Assembly: GCA_001771135.1 (NCBI GenBank) | Contig: MESW01000009.1 | Coordinates: 23,436-87,435 of the forward strand | Length of the DNA stretch: 64,000 nt | Reading direction: 5' to 3' | From: a candidate division CPR3 bacterium GWF2_35_18 | GTDB taxonomy: Bacteria; Patescibacteriota; CPR3; GWF2-35-18 | Part shown: in pieces, positions 19,903 to 29,263 of the stretch | How the letters are laid out: every line of letters begins with the position of its first letter | Position numbering within the stretch: position 1 is the stretch's first letter | Program-made: the position numbers and the translations under genes | The notes under the pieces: generated by a model | The model's input: only the letters and a program-made list of their open reading frames with translations | What the model was told of the DNA's origin: nothing | Databases searched by the model: none

Positions 19903-21161
19903 ACTCTTAAATCTTTAATAACGTTAACTAAAACTTTTATTCCTTTATCCAAAACTTCTTTCTCAATTGTGAGTGGTGGCATAAGCTGAATCACACTTTC
20001 ATGATCACAGACCAAGTGCAAACCTTTTTTCCAAGCATGCAAAACAATCTTTTCGGTTAACTCCGGATATTTTTGCTTAGTTTTTTTATCTTTCACAAAA
20101 TCGAGACCCAAAATCATTCCCATTCCCCGAATATCCCCAACATTTGGATGATCTTGTAAATGTTTTTTCAACTCACCCATCATGTAGTGACCTGTTTTCT
20201 GTACTCTTTCCCAAATTTTTTCCTTCTCATGGATTTTCAAAGTTTCGAGAGCCGCGGCGCAAGAAATTGGTAACCAACCAAAAGTAGATTGTAAGTTAGC
20301 GGGATCAGCTACTTCCGCGATTTTTTCCTTGGTCACCATTGCTCCAATTGGAGCGACTCCGTTACTCATTCCTTTAGCAAAAGTTACGATATCGGGAACG
20401 ATATTTTCGTGCTTCATACCAAACAATTTTCCCGTCCGGCTGAAACCAGTTCCGACTTCATCGAGGATAAGAAGTGTTCCATATTTTTCCGTCAATCTCC
20501 GAACAACGGTTAAAAATCCAGTAGGAGCCACATAGGCTGAACCCCAACCGGAAATTATCCCGGATTCCGCGAAAACCGCCGCCACATCTTCATTTTCTAA
20601 AACTGCTTCTAATCTTTTTTCAAAATCGTGAAGAACTTCAGTTTCGTTCAAATCGGTTCTATAAATATTGGGATATTCCAAATGGATGTAATCTGAATTG
20701 TCTGAAGATATGCTTGTTAACCACTCTTTCCTATAACCTACCTCTAACATGGATAAATTGTTTCCATGATAAGTTTCATAGAATCCTAAGATTTTTTTTC
20801 GCCCAGTGTAAGCTCGGGCCAGTTTCATGGCATGTTCATTTGCTTCAACCCCACCAGTTACTCTACTACAAGAATCTAACTCTTTTGGTAAAACGTGATG
20901 TAAGGCTGAAGCATATTTTTCTTGGAGATCATCACAAAACCACATTGAGGCGTAAGTATTTTTCATCACCTGACTAGAAACTGCTTCCGCAATTTCGGGA
21001 CGATTCCAACCCAAATTTGTCACATTCCAACCTGAAGTAAAATCAATATATTGCTTCCCTTTATCGTCCCAGAGATAACTACCACAAGCGTCTTTTATTT
21101 TAAATCGCCATGCTGAAAATTTTGTGTAAATAATATGTCGATGTACCATAATTACCTCCAT
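19899..21161 (-). CDS. Class III PLP-dependent aminotransferase
   Basis: LILDEVGTGFSRTGKLFG motif and TFAKGMSNG (PLP lysine); 420 aa. Confidence 0.85.
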   Translation of the reverse strand: MEVIMVHRHIIYTKFSAWRFKIKDACGSYLWDDKGKQYIDFTSGWNVTNLGWNRPEIAEAVSSQVMKNTYASMWFCDDLQEKYASALHHVLPKELDSCSRVTGGVEANEHAMKLARAYTGRKKILGFYETYHGNNLSMLEVGYRKEWLTSISSDNSDYIHLEYPNIYRTDLNETEVLHDFEKRLEAVLENEDVAAVFAESGIISGWGSAYVAPTGFLTVVRRLTEKYGTLLILDEVGTGFSRTGKLFGMKHENIVPDIVTFAKGMSNGVAPIGAMVTKEKIAEVADPANLQSTFGWLPISCAAALETLKIHEKEKIWERVQKTGHYMMGELKKHLQDHPNVGDIRGMGMILGLDFVKDKKTKQKYPELTEKIVLHAWKKGLHLVCDHESVIQLMPPLTIEKEVLDKGIKVLVNVIKDLRV

Positions 21162-21815
21162 TTAATTGTAGATAGATTGAGTTTCAAACGGTAAAAAGTA
21201 TACCTTAAATAGTTGCCAGAGTCTAACAAAACGACAAACAGAAAAGCTACTTCCAGTTCTATCACCAAAAATGGAAAAAAACACTGTTTGCAATCCACCG
21301 AAAGGATATTCCGAAAAAGCAGCTAAATTGGCTTGAAATTCTTGATTTCCTTCTTCCATATTTCCTTCCTGCATCATATGTTCGAATTCATGACGTTTAA
21401 CAAAAAGCTTTGCAGAAACAGGTAAATCCTCTCGGACATATCCAAAATCTCCACAAGAAATTCCATTTAAACCTGGCATCTCCTCTTTCGAAACTTCAAT
21501 CATAAAATAATCTGAGGCTTGACGATACTCTTCTTTGGAAATTTTGAGACCTTCTTTTCTCTTTTGTCTCAACGATTCTAACCAATTTCGATCCTCCTCA
21601 TTAAAAAAAGAATCAAAGGTATAGCCTCCCTCCCAATCTCCGTTTTCTAAAAGAGTAAACGTATAACAATCAGGATGTTTGGGAAAAGCAATTTTAGGAC
21701 ACTGATAATATCGACTAAGAAACTCGAAACTAATTATGCTTATTATAATAAAAACAAGAGAAAAAATAACAAAATATTTTAAAAATTTTAGGAACTTTTG
21801 TTTTTTATTGAGCAT
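21162..21815 (-). CDS. Membrane-anchored protein with HExxH motif (putative zinc metallopeptidase)
   Basis: N-terminal TM; RHEFEHMMQE (HExxH); directly abuts the aminotransferase gene (start 21161 / stop 21162). Confidence 0.45.
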   Translation of the reverse strand: MLNKKQKFLKFLKYFVIFSLVFIIISIISFEFLSRYYQCPKIAFPKHPDCYTFTLLENGDWEGGYTFDSFFNEEDRNWLESLRQKRKEGLKISKEEYRQASDYFMIEVSKEEMPGLNGISCGDFGYVREDLPVSAKLFVKRHEFEHMMQEGNMEEGNQEFQANLAAFSEYPFGGLQTVFFSIFGDRTGSSFSVCRFVRLWQLFKVYFLPFETQSIYN

Positions 21816-21844
21816 TTTCTTTTACATTAAATAAAAATATCAAC

Positions 21845-22396
21845 TTAGTATCTAAAACAATTCATTAGATGATCATTCACCATCCCTGCCGCCTGCATAA
21901 AAGCGTAACAAATAGTCGGACCAACAAAACGAAAACCTCTCTTTTTCAGATCTTTGCTCATCGTTAACGCCTCTTTCGATTCTACCGGAATCTCTTTCAA
22001 AGTCTTCCAAGAGTTCTTAATAGTTTTCCCATTAACAAATTGCCAAATGTAAGAATCAAAACTCCCAAACTCTTTTTGTACTTGTAAAAAAGCCTGTGCA
22101 TTAGAAATAGTCGCGCTGATCTTTAAACGATTGCGAATAATTCCAGCATCACATAACAAACTTTCAATTTTTTCTTGCTTATACATAGCAATTTTTTTGG
22201 CGTTAAAGTTGTCAAAAGCACGCCGAAAATTTTCTCTCTTATTAATAATAATTTCCCAAGAAAGTCCGGCCTGAAAAGCATCAAGGATCAAAAACTCAAA
22301 AAGATTGTGATCATCATGAAGAGGAACTCCCCATTCTTTATCGTGATAAGCAATCATTAAAGGATTTTTTGAAACCCAAGGACAACGATTTTTCAT
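21845..22396 (-). CDS. tag: DNA-3-methyladenine glycosylase I
   Basis: RCPWVSKNPLMIAYHDKEWGVPLHDDHNLFEFLILDAFQAGLSWEIIINKRENFR matches the Tag family. Confidence 0.85.
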   Translation of the reverse strand: MKNRCPWVSKNPLMIAYHDKEWGVPLHDDHNLFEFLILDAFQAGLSWEIIINKRENFRRAFDNFNAKKIAMYKQEKIESLLCDAGIIRNRLKISATISNAQAFLQVQKEFGSFDSYIWQFVNGKTIKNSWKTLKEIPVESKEALTMSKDLKKRGFRFVGPTICYAFMQAAGMVNDHLMNCFRY

Positions 22397-22797
22397 AACG
22401 TCTTAATTAACTCCTTTAAGCTTTGGTTTGAAACATAATATTTGTCAGTTAAAAATTCTTTTTGAGAAACCCAACGAAATTCTTGAATCGGCTCTTTGGT
22501 AGGATTAATTGAAAAATCTACTTTATAATTTTGAGTTAAACACAAAAAAGTCGTACAAACAACTTGGTTCTGATCGGTTCTGAAAAACCACCAGATACCA
22601 AGAACTTTACCTATTTTAATTTCTAAACCAGTTTCCTCTTTGACTTCACGCTGCAAACACTCATGTGGCGTTTCTCCATATTCGATTTTTCCACCTGGAA
22701 GATCCCAAAACTCTTTATCTCCAACAACTTGTTTAATCACTAAAAATTTATCTTTGTTATGAATAATCGCTTTAACAGCAGGGAAAACTTGAGACAT
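22393..22797 (-). CDS. NUDIX hydrolase
   Basis: Nudix box GGKIEYGETPHECLQREVKEETGLEI; 4-nt overlap with tag. Confidence 0.8.
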   Translation of the reverse strand: MSQVFPAVKAIIHNKDKFLVIKQVVGDKEFWDLPGGKIEYGETPHECLQREVKEETGLEIKIGKVLGIWWFFRTDQNQVVCTTFLCLTQNYKVDFSINPTKEPIQEFRWVSQKEFLTDKYYVSNQSLKELIKTL

Positions 22798-22808
22798 GTT
22801 ATTTTAAA

Positions 22809-23378
22809 TTATTTTATAAAAAACGTCAGAAATTCTTTGATCGATTTATACTGCGTTCTTAACTCTTTTCGGCAAATATCAAGACTCAAAGCATTCCATT
22901 TTTCATCAGCCTTTTGCAAATAGAGCTTAACCATATTTTCGAGTTCCATCTTCCGACCATTAATTATTCCCCCGAGAACTCCTTCAACCGAAACAAAGCG
23001 GTAACAATCAGAGTTACAACAAATTTCAGATTCCAAAGAAAAAAATTTGGGAACTCCATGATGTTCGGAAACACAAGCTAGAATATTTTCTTTTTCCCTT
23101 CGAGATAGCTCTGAAAATGAATCTAAAAAATTCTTAGTTTTTGTAACCCCAGTATTAATATGCTCTTTCAAATTACCTTTACTAAAAACCTCTCCTAATC
23201 CACAATCCATCAAAGTAGTTCCTAAATAGACTATGCTTTCATTAGCCTTTAATTTTTGCGAAAGAATTTGGCCTTTATTATTTGCAAGTTCTAAGTGGAA
23301 TTTTGAAGGCACTTGATATTTTTCAATTTCAGAAAGAGCAAATTGATTTGCTTGTTGCAAAATTGTTTTTGAAATCAT
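22809..23378 (-). CDS. Hypothetical protein, possibly a degenerate HD-domain-like hydrolase; first gene of the operon
   Basis: 189 aa; segments LMDCGLGE and VSEHHGVPKF loosely resemble HD-domain metal-binding motifs; weak. Confidence 0.4.
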   Translation of the reverse strand: MISKTILQQANQFALSEIEKYQVPSKFHLELANNKGQILSQKLKANESIVYLGTTLMDCGLGEVFSKGNLKEHINTGVTKTKNFLDSFSELSRREKENILACVSEHHGVPKFFSLESEICCNSDCYRFVSVEGVLGGIINGRKMELENMVKLYLQKADEKWNALSLDICRKELRTQYKSIKEFLTFFIK

Positions 23379-23431
23379 GTATACAATTATACCTTAATAT
23401 AAAATCATGGTCTAACACTAAGTAAAAACAA

Positions 23432-23468
23432 TTAGAGGTCTTACCCCATTATGGGGTAAGACCTCTAA
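23432..23468 (-). terminator. Strong intrinsic terminator-like hairpin (15-17 bp perfect stem, 3-nt loop) followed by a T-rich tract on the minus strand
   Basis: AGAGGTCTTACCCCA-TTA-TGGGGTAAGACCTCT; minus-strand 3' flank is AATTGTTTTTACTT. Confidence 0.6.
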
Positions 23469-23503
23469 AATGCTGAAACGAAAAATAATTTACCAAAGAA
23501 ATA

Positions 23504-23545
23504 GTGCGGCCTCGTGGAAAGCTGCCTAAATCCACAAGACCGCAC
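23504..23545 (-). terminator. Intrinsic terminator of sod (15-bp stem, 12-nt loop, T-rich tail on minus strand)
   Basis: GTGCGGCCTCGTGGA...TCCACAAGACCGCAC; perfect on the minus-strand RNA (two G-U wobbles) but two C-A mismatches on the plus strand; followed by CTATTTCTTTGG on the minus strand. Confidence 0.6.
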
Positions 23546-23596
23546 CATTTCTAATCCATAAATACTACATTTATGTGGGAAATATTTCGAATACCT

Positions 23597-24208
23597 CTAT
23601 CTAGTAGCATCCAAATAGTTCTGCTCCACTTGCTCCCAATTGACGACATGCCACCAAGATTTAATATAATCAGCTCGTCGATTCTGATAATGTAGATAAT
23701 ACGCATGTTCCCACAGATCTAGGGCCAAAATCGGTTTTAGACCTTCTAATAAAGGAGAATCCTGATTTGCAGTTGAATGTATTTTTAAGTGTTTATTTTC
23801 ATCAAGAGAAAGCCAAGTCCAACCACTTCCAAATCTGTTTAAAGCTTCGCTGGTAAACTTATCGTGAAAATTTATAAAACCACCCAATTCCTTATCAATA
23901 ATAGGCGAAAGAATCCCATTTGATTCTCCACCACCTTTTGGTTTCATGACTTTCCAAAAAAATGAATGATTATAATGTCCTCCCCCGTTATTCCGGACCG
24001 CGGTTTGAATCTCTTTAGGAATAGATTCCAAAGAGATCAAAAGCTCTTCTACTGTTTTTTTTGAAAGTTCATCATGATCTTTCAAAGCTAAATTTAACTT
24101 ATCAACATAAGTCTGGTGATGTTTTGAATAATGAATCTCCATTGTCCGCGCATCAATATAAGGCTCTAAATCCGCATAAGAATAAAGAAGTTTAGGCAAA
24201 GTAAACAT
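23597..24208 (-). CDS. sodA: Fe/Mn superoxide dismutase
   Basis: Start taken at MFTLPKLLYSYADLEPYIDARTMEIHYSKHHQTYV with an AGGAGA RBS 9 nt upstream; C-terminal DLWEHAYYL; longer ORF-track start 24286 is unlikely. Confidence 0.9.
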   Translation of the reverse strand: MFTLPKLLYSYADLEPYIDARTMEIHYSKHHQTYVDKLNLALKDHDELSKKTVEELLISLESIPKEIQTAVRNNGGGHYNHSFFWKVMKPKGGGESNGILSPIIDKELGGFINFHDKFTSEALNRFGSGWTWLSLDENKHLKIHSTANQDSPLLEGLKPILALDLWEHAYYLHYQNRRADYIKSWWHVVNWEQVEQNYLDATR

Positions 24209-24309
24209 AATATTTTCTCCTGACATACTAACACTAATTAGGTAAGAGTATAATATATTAAACATTTTGTCAAGTTGCTTTTTCAAAGAATCTTACTTAC
24301 AATAAAATC

Positions 24310-25119
24310 ATGATAGTAACTAATCCTCAATTAAGAACAAAGGAAGAACTAGAATTGTTACCAAACGAAGTTTTAACTTCTCCTCTTCCAGAATTAAGAC
24401 CAGTTTCTGGTTTTGAATTACCTCTCCCAGTTACAGGACCAAATCTAAAAAAAACTGTTTTAATCAAAGACGCCGTAAACACATATAAAGAATCTCCGAT
24501 TCAAGAAAAGTTACACAACCTTCAAAGAGAGTTACAAACTGCTCAGCTTTCGCTAAAAAGCCCTTATCGTAATACCTCTATTCAATCTATTGAGGAAACA
24601 ATTAGGCGAATCACTGAAAGAGATATTCCGGAAGCACAAAGAGAGCTAGCCAAACTTACTTTTCCGGTTATTGCTGATGTTAATATTGATCATGACGGTC
24701 GAATAAATATTAATGGCACACCACAAGAAGGTCGACATGTTATCGTGGCTTATGATCCAGAGAAAAAACAAACATACGCCAGATATTTACCAGGACGTCC
24801 CGTATCCACAGCAGTAACCGGTAGCATGGGAGAAAATATCCAGATCCCCATTCAAGAAGATGATGGAAAAATGAGAATGTTATTACCAATTGCTTATCTA
24901 GAATCTACGGAAACAGCACCAAAAAGTGGAATCTGGAATCTGCAGATATCTCAAACAGCTTTTAATAACAAAGAGCCATTTCCCATTGATGTGGAAACTA
25001 TTGATCAAAGCCCTCAAAAAGTAGTAACAAGTAGTGATCAAGAATCATTAATGGCTCAGTTCAAAGACACGCCTTATAAAAAGAAAGAAAAACCGAAAAA
25101 AGGTTGGTCTACATCTTGA
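24310..25119 (+). CDS. Hypothetical soluble protein
   Basis: 269 aa, no TM or signal, no motif recognised. Confidence 0.45.
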   Translation: MIVTNPQLRTKEELELLPNEVLTSPLPELRPVSGFELPLPVTGPNLKKTVLIKDAVNTYKESPIQEKLHNLQRELQTAQLSLKSPYRNTSIQSIEETIRRITERDIPEAQRELAKLTFPVIADVNIDHDGRININGTPQEGRHVIVAYDPEKKQTYARYLPGRPVSTAVTGSMGENIQIPIQEDDGKMRMLLPIAYLESTETAPKSGIWNLQISQTAFNNKEPFPIDVETIDQSPQKVVTSSDQESLMAQFKDTPYKKKEKPKKGWSTS

Positions 25120-25125
25120 GAATAA

Positions 25126-26010
25126 CTAGCTTTTCATCCGTTTTTGCTCCTCGAGATACATGTCATTTTCTCCCCAAGATTTTACAACTTCCTCAGTAAC
25201 CGGCTTTGCAATATCCCAAGTAATTAAAAATATTGACTGCAAACTTTGAGCAAGCAATTTGCTTTTGATTTTCAAACCCCAAATTTCATTATCTTTGGCA
25301 CTAATTATTCGTAACCAATCACCTTGTATTGCAATTCTTTGGTTTAAGATAAACTCCGGTTTATCGATATATCGCATTTCCCATGCTTTAATATACTCTG
25401 GATTATGACTATATTGATACGTCAATACATGCTTTGTCCAATCGTTAAGAGGCATCACTTCTTTAATTGGATGTTTCGCTTTTTCACGAAGAGCAATCTC
25501 TTCCTGTACAAGTTTATTCATGTCTTCTCGACCAAAAATATCCATCGGCATCTGCAAATCAAAGGCATATACTGGCATTTCTAGCTCAGAAATCATCTTA
25601 TCCATATAGACATTTTTGGCGCCTTCAATACCAGGAAAAAATTGGAAATCAGCATTCACTTTATTTTGATGAAAATCAGCTTTAAGGTTTGGTAAAAAAT
25701 TCAGAATATCCAATTCCAGAGAAGTTAATTCTTTTCTCTTCCCCTGAAGTATTGTCCGTAAAATAGAAGGATTTTTAGCTCGAATTTTGGTTTGTTGCTT
25801 TTGAATTCCATCAGATTGTTCTAGCTCAATTAAACCTTTCAAGGATAACTCCATCACCACATCGTAAACTGTAGTTCTGGGAATTCCGGTTGCTTTTGAT
25901 AATTGGAAAGGAGATGTTTCATTGTGTTTCAAAGATTCTAAATAAACTTTCGTCTCATTTTCGCTTAAACCAAATCTCTTTAATGTTTCCAAAATCATAT
26001 TATTTTCCAT
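25126..26010 (-). CDS. TrmB-family transcriptional regulator
   Basis: N-terminal winged HTH LKRFGLSENETKVYLESLKHNETSPFQLSKATGIPRTTVYDVVMELSLKGLIE. Confidence 0.65.
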   Translation of the reverse strand: MENNMILETLKRFGLSENETKVYLESLKHNETSPFQLSKATGIPRTTVYDVVMELSLKGLIELEQSDGIQKQQTKIRAKNPSILRTILQGKRKELTSLELDILNFLPNLKADFHQNKVNADFQFFPGIEGAKNVYMDKMISELEMPVYAFDLQMPMDIFGREDMNKLVQEEIALREKAKHPIKEVMPLNDWTKHVLTYQYSHNPEYIKAWEMRYIDKPEFILNQRIAIQGDWLRIISAKDNEIWGLKIKSKLLAQSLQSIFLITWDIAKPVTEEVVKSWGENDMYLEEQKRMKS

Positions 26011-26228
26011 ATTTAAACGCCAGATGAAAGAAAAAATATAAATTGACAGTAAAATAAGCGTTAAAAACGTGCATGTTTGACGAGCGAAACGAGGAGTTAC
26101 ACGTTTTTTAGCTTATGAACTGATCAATTTCTTTTTCTGTAATATGGCGCCTCCTTTTGATGCTATCTTTTGGATGAACAAAAGATATTTTGAAGCTATT
26201 CTATTATTTCCGACACTGTCCGTCAACT

Positions 26229-26258
26229 TTGACACTACTTTCACAACTATACTATAAT
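26229..26258 (+). promoter_or_regulatory. Sigma70-like promoter (TTGACA-18 nt-TATAAT) upstream of the 26283 transporter gene
   Basis: TTGACA at 26229-26234 and TATAAT at 26253-26258, 24 nt upstream of the ATG. Confidence 0.5.
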
Positions 26259-26282
26259 CTCGTCCAAGTTTAATTATTAACT

Positions 26283-27149
26283 ATGACAAATGTCGTTTTG
26301 TTATCATTTATTGCCCTCGCTTTTTTCGCCACCGAAACCGTCTTACATAAATTAACGGCAAAATATGTGGTCAAAAATCCATTAACTTTTAACTTTTATT
26401 TGACTCTTTTTGAGTTTATATTTGTACTTCCTAGTTTATTTTCAAACCAAATTACATTTCCCTCTCTTATTGACTTCAAATATATATTTTTAACATCCCT
26501 CACAATTACGATCGCCATGATTCTGTATTTTTTCGTCCTATATCATATTGATGCTTCAGTAATTGGACCGTTGTATAATTTTCGGATAATTTTCTCAATT
26601 CTGCTCTCTACAATTTTTTTACATGAAATTCTGAATCCAACTTACTATCTTTGGATTGGTATTTTAACAATTGGCGGTTTCTTTGTTACCTTTAATGAAA
26701 AGACAAAACTCAAATCATTTTTCCAAAAACCGGTTTTTATTTTTCTCATTTATGTCTTTGGACTTGCGCTTATGTCTATTTTTATTAATAAAGGTGTGAA
26801 TATAAGCGGATATTGGAATTTTACATTTTGGTACAAAGTAATATCTTTTATCTTAGTATTATTCACAATCCCTTTTTTCAAAAAAGATTTTAAAGTTTCT
26901 AGGAAGCAATTTAGCACGATTTCAATAATTTCTTTAATCGGATTTTTAGGAACTCTTTTTGCCAATCAGGCTTTTTCCATCAATGTCACAATCCCCACCG
27001 CTATATTTTCTATTCCCGGATCGATGATCATTATTTTTATTCTCTCGAGATTAAAACCAGATCTTTTAGAAAAACATAGCTTAAAAGTGTATACGATACG
27101 TTTTTTTGCGGCTTCAATTATGATTTTTGCCGCATTTCAGCTAAAATGA
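26283..27149 (+). CDS. DMT/EamA-like polytopic membrane transporter
   Basis: 288 aa with ~10 TM helices in two halves. Confidence 0.55.
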   Translation: MTNVVLLSFIALAFFATETVLHKLTAKYVVKNPLTFNFYLTLFEFIFVLPSLFSNQITFPSLIDFKYIFLTSLTITIAMILYFFVLYHIDASVIGPLYNFRIIFSILLSTIFLHEILNPTYYLWIGILTIGGFFVTFNEKTKLKSFFQKPVFIFLIYVFGLALMSIFINKGVNISGYWNFTFWYKVISFILVLFTIPFFKKDFKVSRKQFSTISIISLIGFLGTLFANQAFSINVTIPTAIFSIPGSMIIIFILSRLKPDLLEKHSLKVYTIRFFAASIMIFAAFQLK

Positions 27150-27168
27150 AAACAAGGAGAAATTCAAG

Positions 27169-28353
27169 ATGACAAACTATAATTTCACTCATAGAGTCCA
27201 AGATGTCCCTAATTCCGGGATCGGTTTTATGATGCGTTATGCTTCAAAATACGACGATGTCGTTTCCCTGGGACAAGGAACTCCGTTATTCCCAACGCCG
27301 AGTTTTATCTATGACGAACTTTATAAAAAATCAAAATCAGATCCAACGATTGGACAGTACTCCAGCGCCAAAATTGAAAAAGAGCTCAAGAATTTAATCG
27401 TGAAAAACATCGAAAAAAAATATAATTTCACACCTGACCTTAGTGAAATATATCTTACAGTCGGTGGAATTGGTGGTTTATTTGCCGCATTAATGGCTTT
27501 TGTAGAAAAAGATGACGAAGTGATTTATTTCGATCCCAGCTATCCTCTACATCTTTCTCAAATATATCTTACTCAGGGAAAACCAGTCTTTGTTTCTTTA
27601 ATAGAAAAAAAAGGGTGGCAGATTGATTTGGAAAAATTAGAAAAATCGATTACTCCCAAAACAAAAGTAATAATTCTAACAAATCCAAACAACCCAACCG
27701 GTACCGTTTTATCCGAGCAGGAAGTCAAAAAAATTGCCGAAATTGTTTTGAAGCATAATCTAATTCTGATTCTCGATGAAGCATATGAATTTCTGACTTA
27801 CGAAAAAAAGCTTTTTTCACCACTAAAACTTCCAGAACTCCGCAATAACATTGTGCTCTGTAAAAGCTTTTCCAAAGAATTTGCAATGACTGGTTGGCGT
27901 ATCGGTTATGTCTACAGCCATAAAGAAATCGTGTCTAAAATTAGTAATGTTCATACCTATTTCGCCATTTCACCGGCAACGACTTCAATGATTGCCGTTA
28001 TAACCGCACTCTCAGATCCTCGTGGAGATAAAGCGATGCAAGAGTTTAAAGAAAAATTCACTGAAAGTAGAAAAGCAATTTGTGAAAGACTTGATAAACT
28101 GCCAAAATTATTTTCTTACCACAAGCCTGATGGCGCGTATTATATCTTTGCCAAATATTTAAATTTCAAAATGGATTCTTTTGAGTTTGCAAAAAAGCTT
28201 ATTGATGAAGCAAAAGTAATCACAATTCCAGGATCAACTGGAGGACCTTCGGGAGAAGGACATATCCGCATGTCTTTTGCCGCGGATACAAAATTAATCC
28301 ATCAAGCCTTTGATCGAATTGATAGATTCGCACAGAAATACGGGCAAAAGTAG
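27169..28353 (+). CDS. Class I PLP-dependent aminotransferase (aspartate/aromatic aminotransferase family)
   Basis: SFSKEFAMTGWRIGY (PLP-lysine motif), NPNNPTGTV; AGGAG RBS. Confidence 0.85.
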   Translation: MTNYNFTHRVQDVPNSGIGFMMRYASKYDDVVSLGQGTPLFPTPSFIYDELYKKSKSDPTIGQYSSAKIEKELKNLIVKNIEKKYNFTPDLSEIYLTVGGIGGLFAALMAFVEKDDEVIYFDPSYPLHLSQIYLTQGKPVFVSLIEKKGWQIDLEKLEKSITPKTKVIILTNPNNPTGTVLSEQEVKKIAEIVLKHNLILILDEAYEFLTYEKKLFSPLKLPELRNNIVLCKSFSKEFAMTGWRIGYVYSHKEIVSKISNVHTYFAISPATTSMIAVITALSDPRGDKAMQEFKEKFTESRKAICERLDKLPKLFSYHKPDGAYYIFAKYLNFKMDSFEFAKKLIDEAKVITIPGSTGGPSGEGHIRMSFAADTKLIHQAFDRIDRFAQKYGQK

Positions 28354-28354
28354 G

Positions 28355-29263
28355 CTAAAATTTACAGGGATCTTGTTTTACCTCTTTCAAGGAATAGAAG
28401 TTAATAATCACAATCGATAATAATATAAGAAAACCCCCAATTATTTCTGTAGTGTTTGGAAATTCTTTTAAAAAGATTGCGTTTAAAAAAAGCAAGATCA
28501 CTAATTCCACTGAGGTTACGATATTACCAAGATTCAAATCAAAGTTTTGAAAACCATAAAGATACAATCCACCGATTAAAACCATACCAACGCCGAGCGC
28601 AATCACGGCTAGTATTGAAGGCATCGATACTGAAGCAGATATACTTTCTTGAAAAAGCAAAAACAGCAATCCACCTACAACAACTTTGGAAATATTCTGA
28701 AAAATCAGCATTGTAGCTTTGTCAAATTTACCCAAATATTTAGCCATCGCATTATCAAGACTGTCTAAAACTCCCGGGATAAACCCAAAGATTACTCCTA
28801 ACAAACTCGTCCCCTCCAAAGGATAAGCCATCAAAAAAATTCCCACAAGGGAAATAATAAGAACCATAATTTTCATCTTCGTGATCTTTTCGTGATACCA
28901 AATCCAACCAAAAAACAGAGAACTAATTAAAACTCCAGCATAGATGTAAAAGAGCGTATTGGCCGCTTTGACCAGATTAATCGAGATCACGGTCGAAATA
29001 ATAGAGAACGGCGGCAAGATAGAATAAATGAACAATTTTCTTTTATCGATTTTTTTGTCTACTTTGATTTTTTTACGGGTAACAATCATCCATCCCAAAA
29101 TAAATAAAACACTCACTAAACCTCGCAAAAAACTCTGAGCAAACGGCCCAAATGATTGACTGGAAAGACGAATAAATATTCCAAAAAATGCATAGATAAA
29201 AGCCGAGGAAAAAAGTGCTAAAAAACCGTATTTTTTATTCATAAAATTAACTTCTAACTTCAA
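28355..29263 (-). CDS. DMT/EamA-family membrane transporter
   Basis: 302 aa, 10 TM, two EamA-like halves. Confidence 0.6.
   Translation of the reverse strand: MKLEVNFMNKKYGFLALFSSAFIYAFFGIFIRLSSQSFGPFAQSFLRGLVSVLFILGWMIVTRKKIKVDKKIDKRKLFIYSILPPFSIISTVISINLVKAANTLFYIYAGVLISSLFFGWIWYHEKITKMKIMVLIISLVGIFLMAYPLEGTSLLGVIFGFIPGVLDSLDNAMAKYLGKFDKATMLIFQNISKVVVGGLLFLLFQESISASVSMPSILAVIALGVGMVLIGGLYLYGFQNFDLNLGNIVTSVELVILLFLNAIFLKEFPNTTEIIGGFLILLSIVIINFYSLKEVKQDPCKF

Noticed and set aside
23386-23391. TATAAT hexamers placed 4-7 nt upstream of ATG starts (here and at 1051-1056), suggesting leaderless transcripts
   Set aside because: Not rejected as impossible, but TATAAT-like hexamers are expected frequently by chance in AT-rich DNA and no convincing -35 element accompanies them, so this was not promoted to a feature.
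26063-26108. AAAAACGTG ... CACGTTTTTT 9-bp inverted repeat with a 27-nt loop
   Set aside because: A weak stem with a large loop, in a divergent promoter region with no upstream gene to terminate; likely chance or a minor operator.
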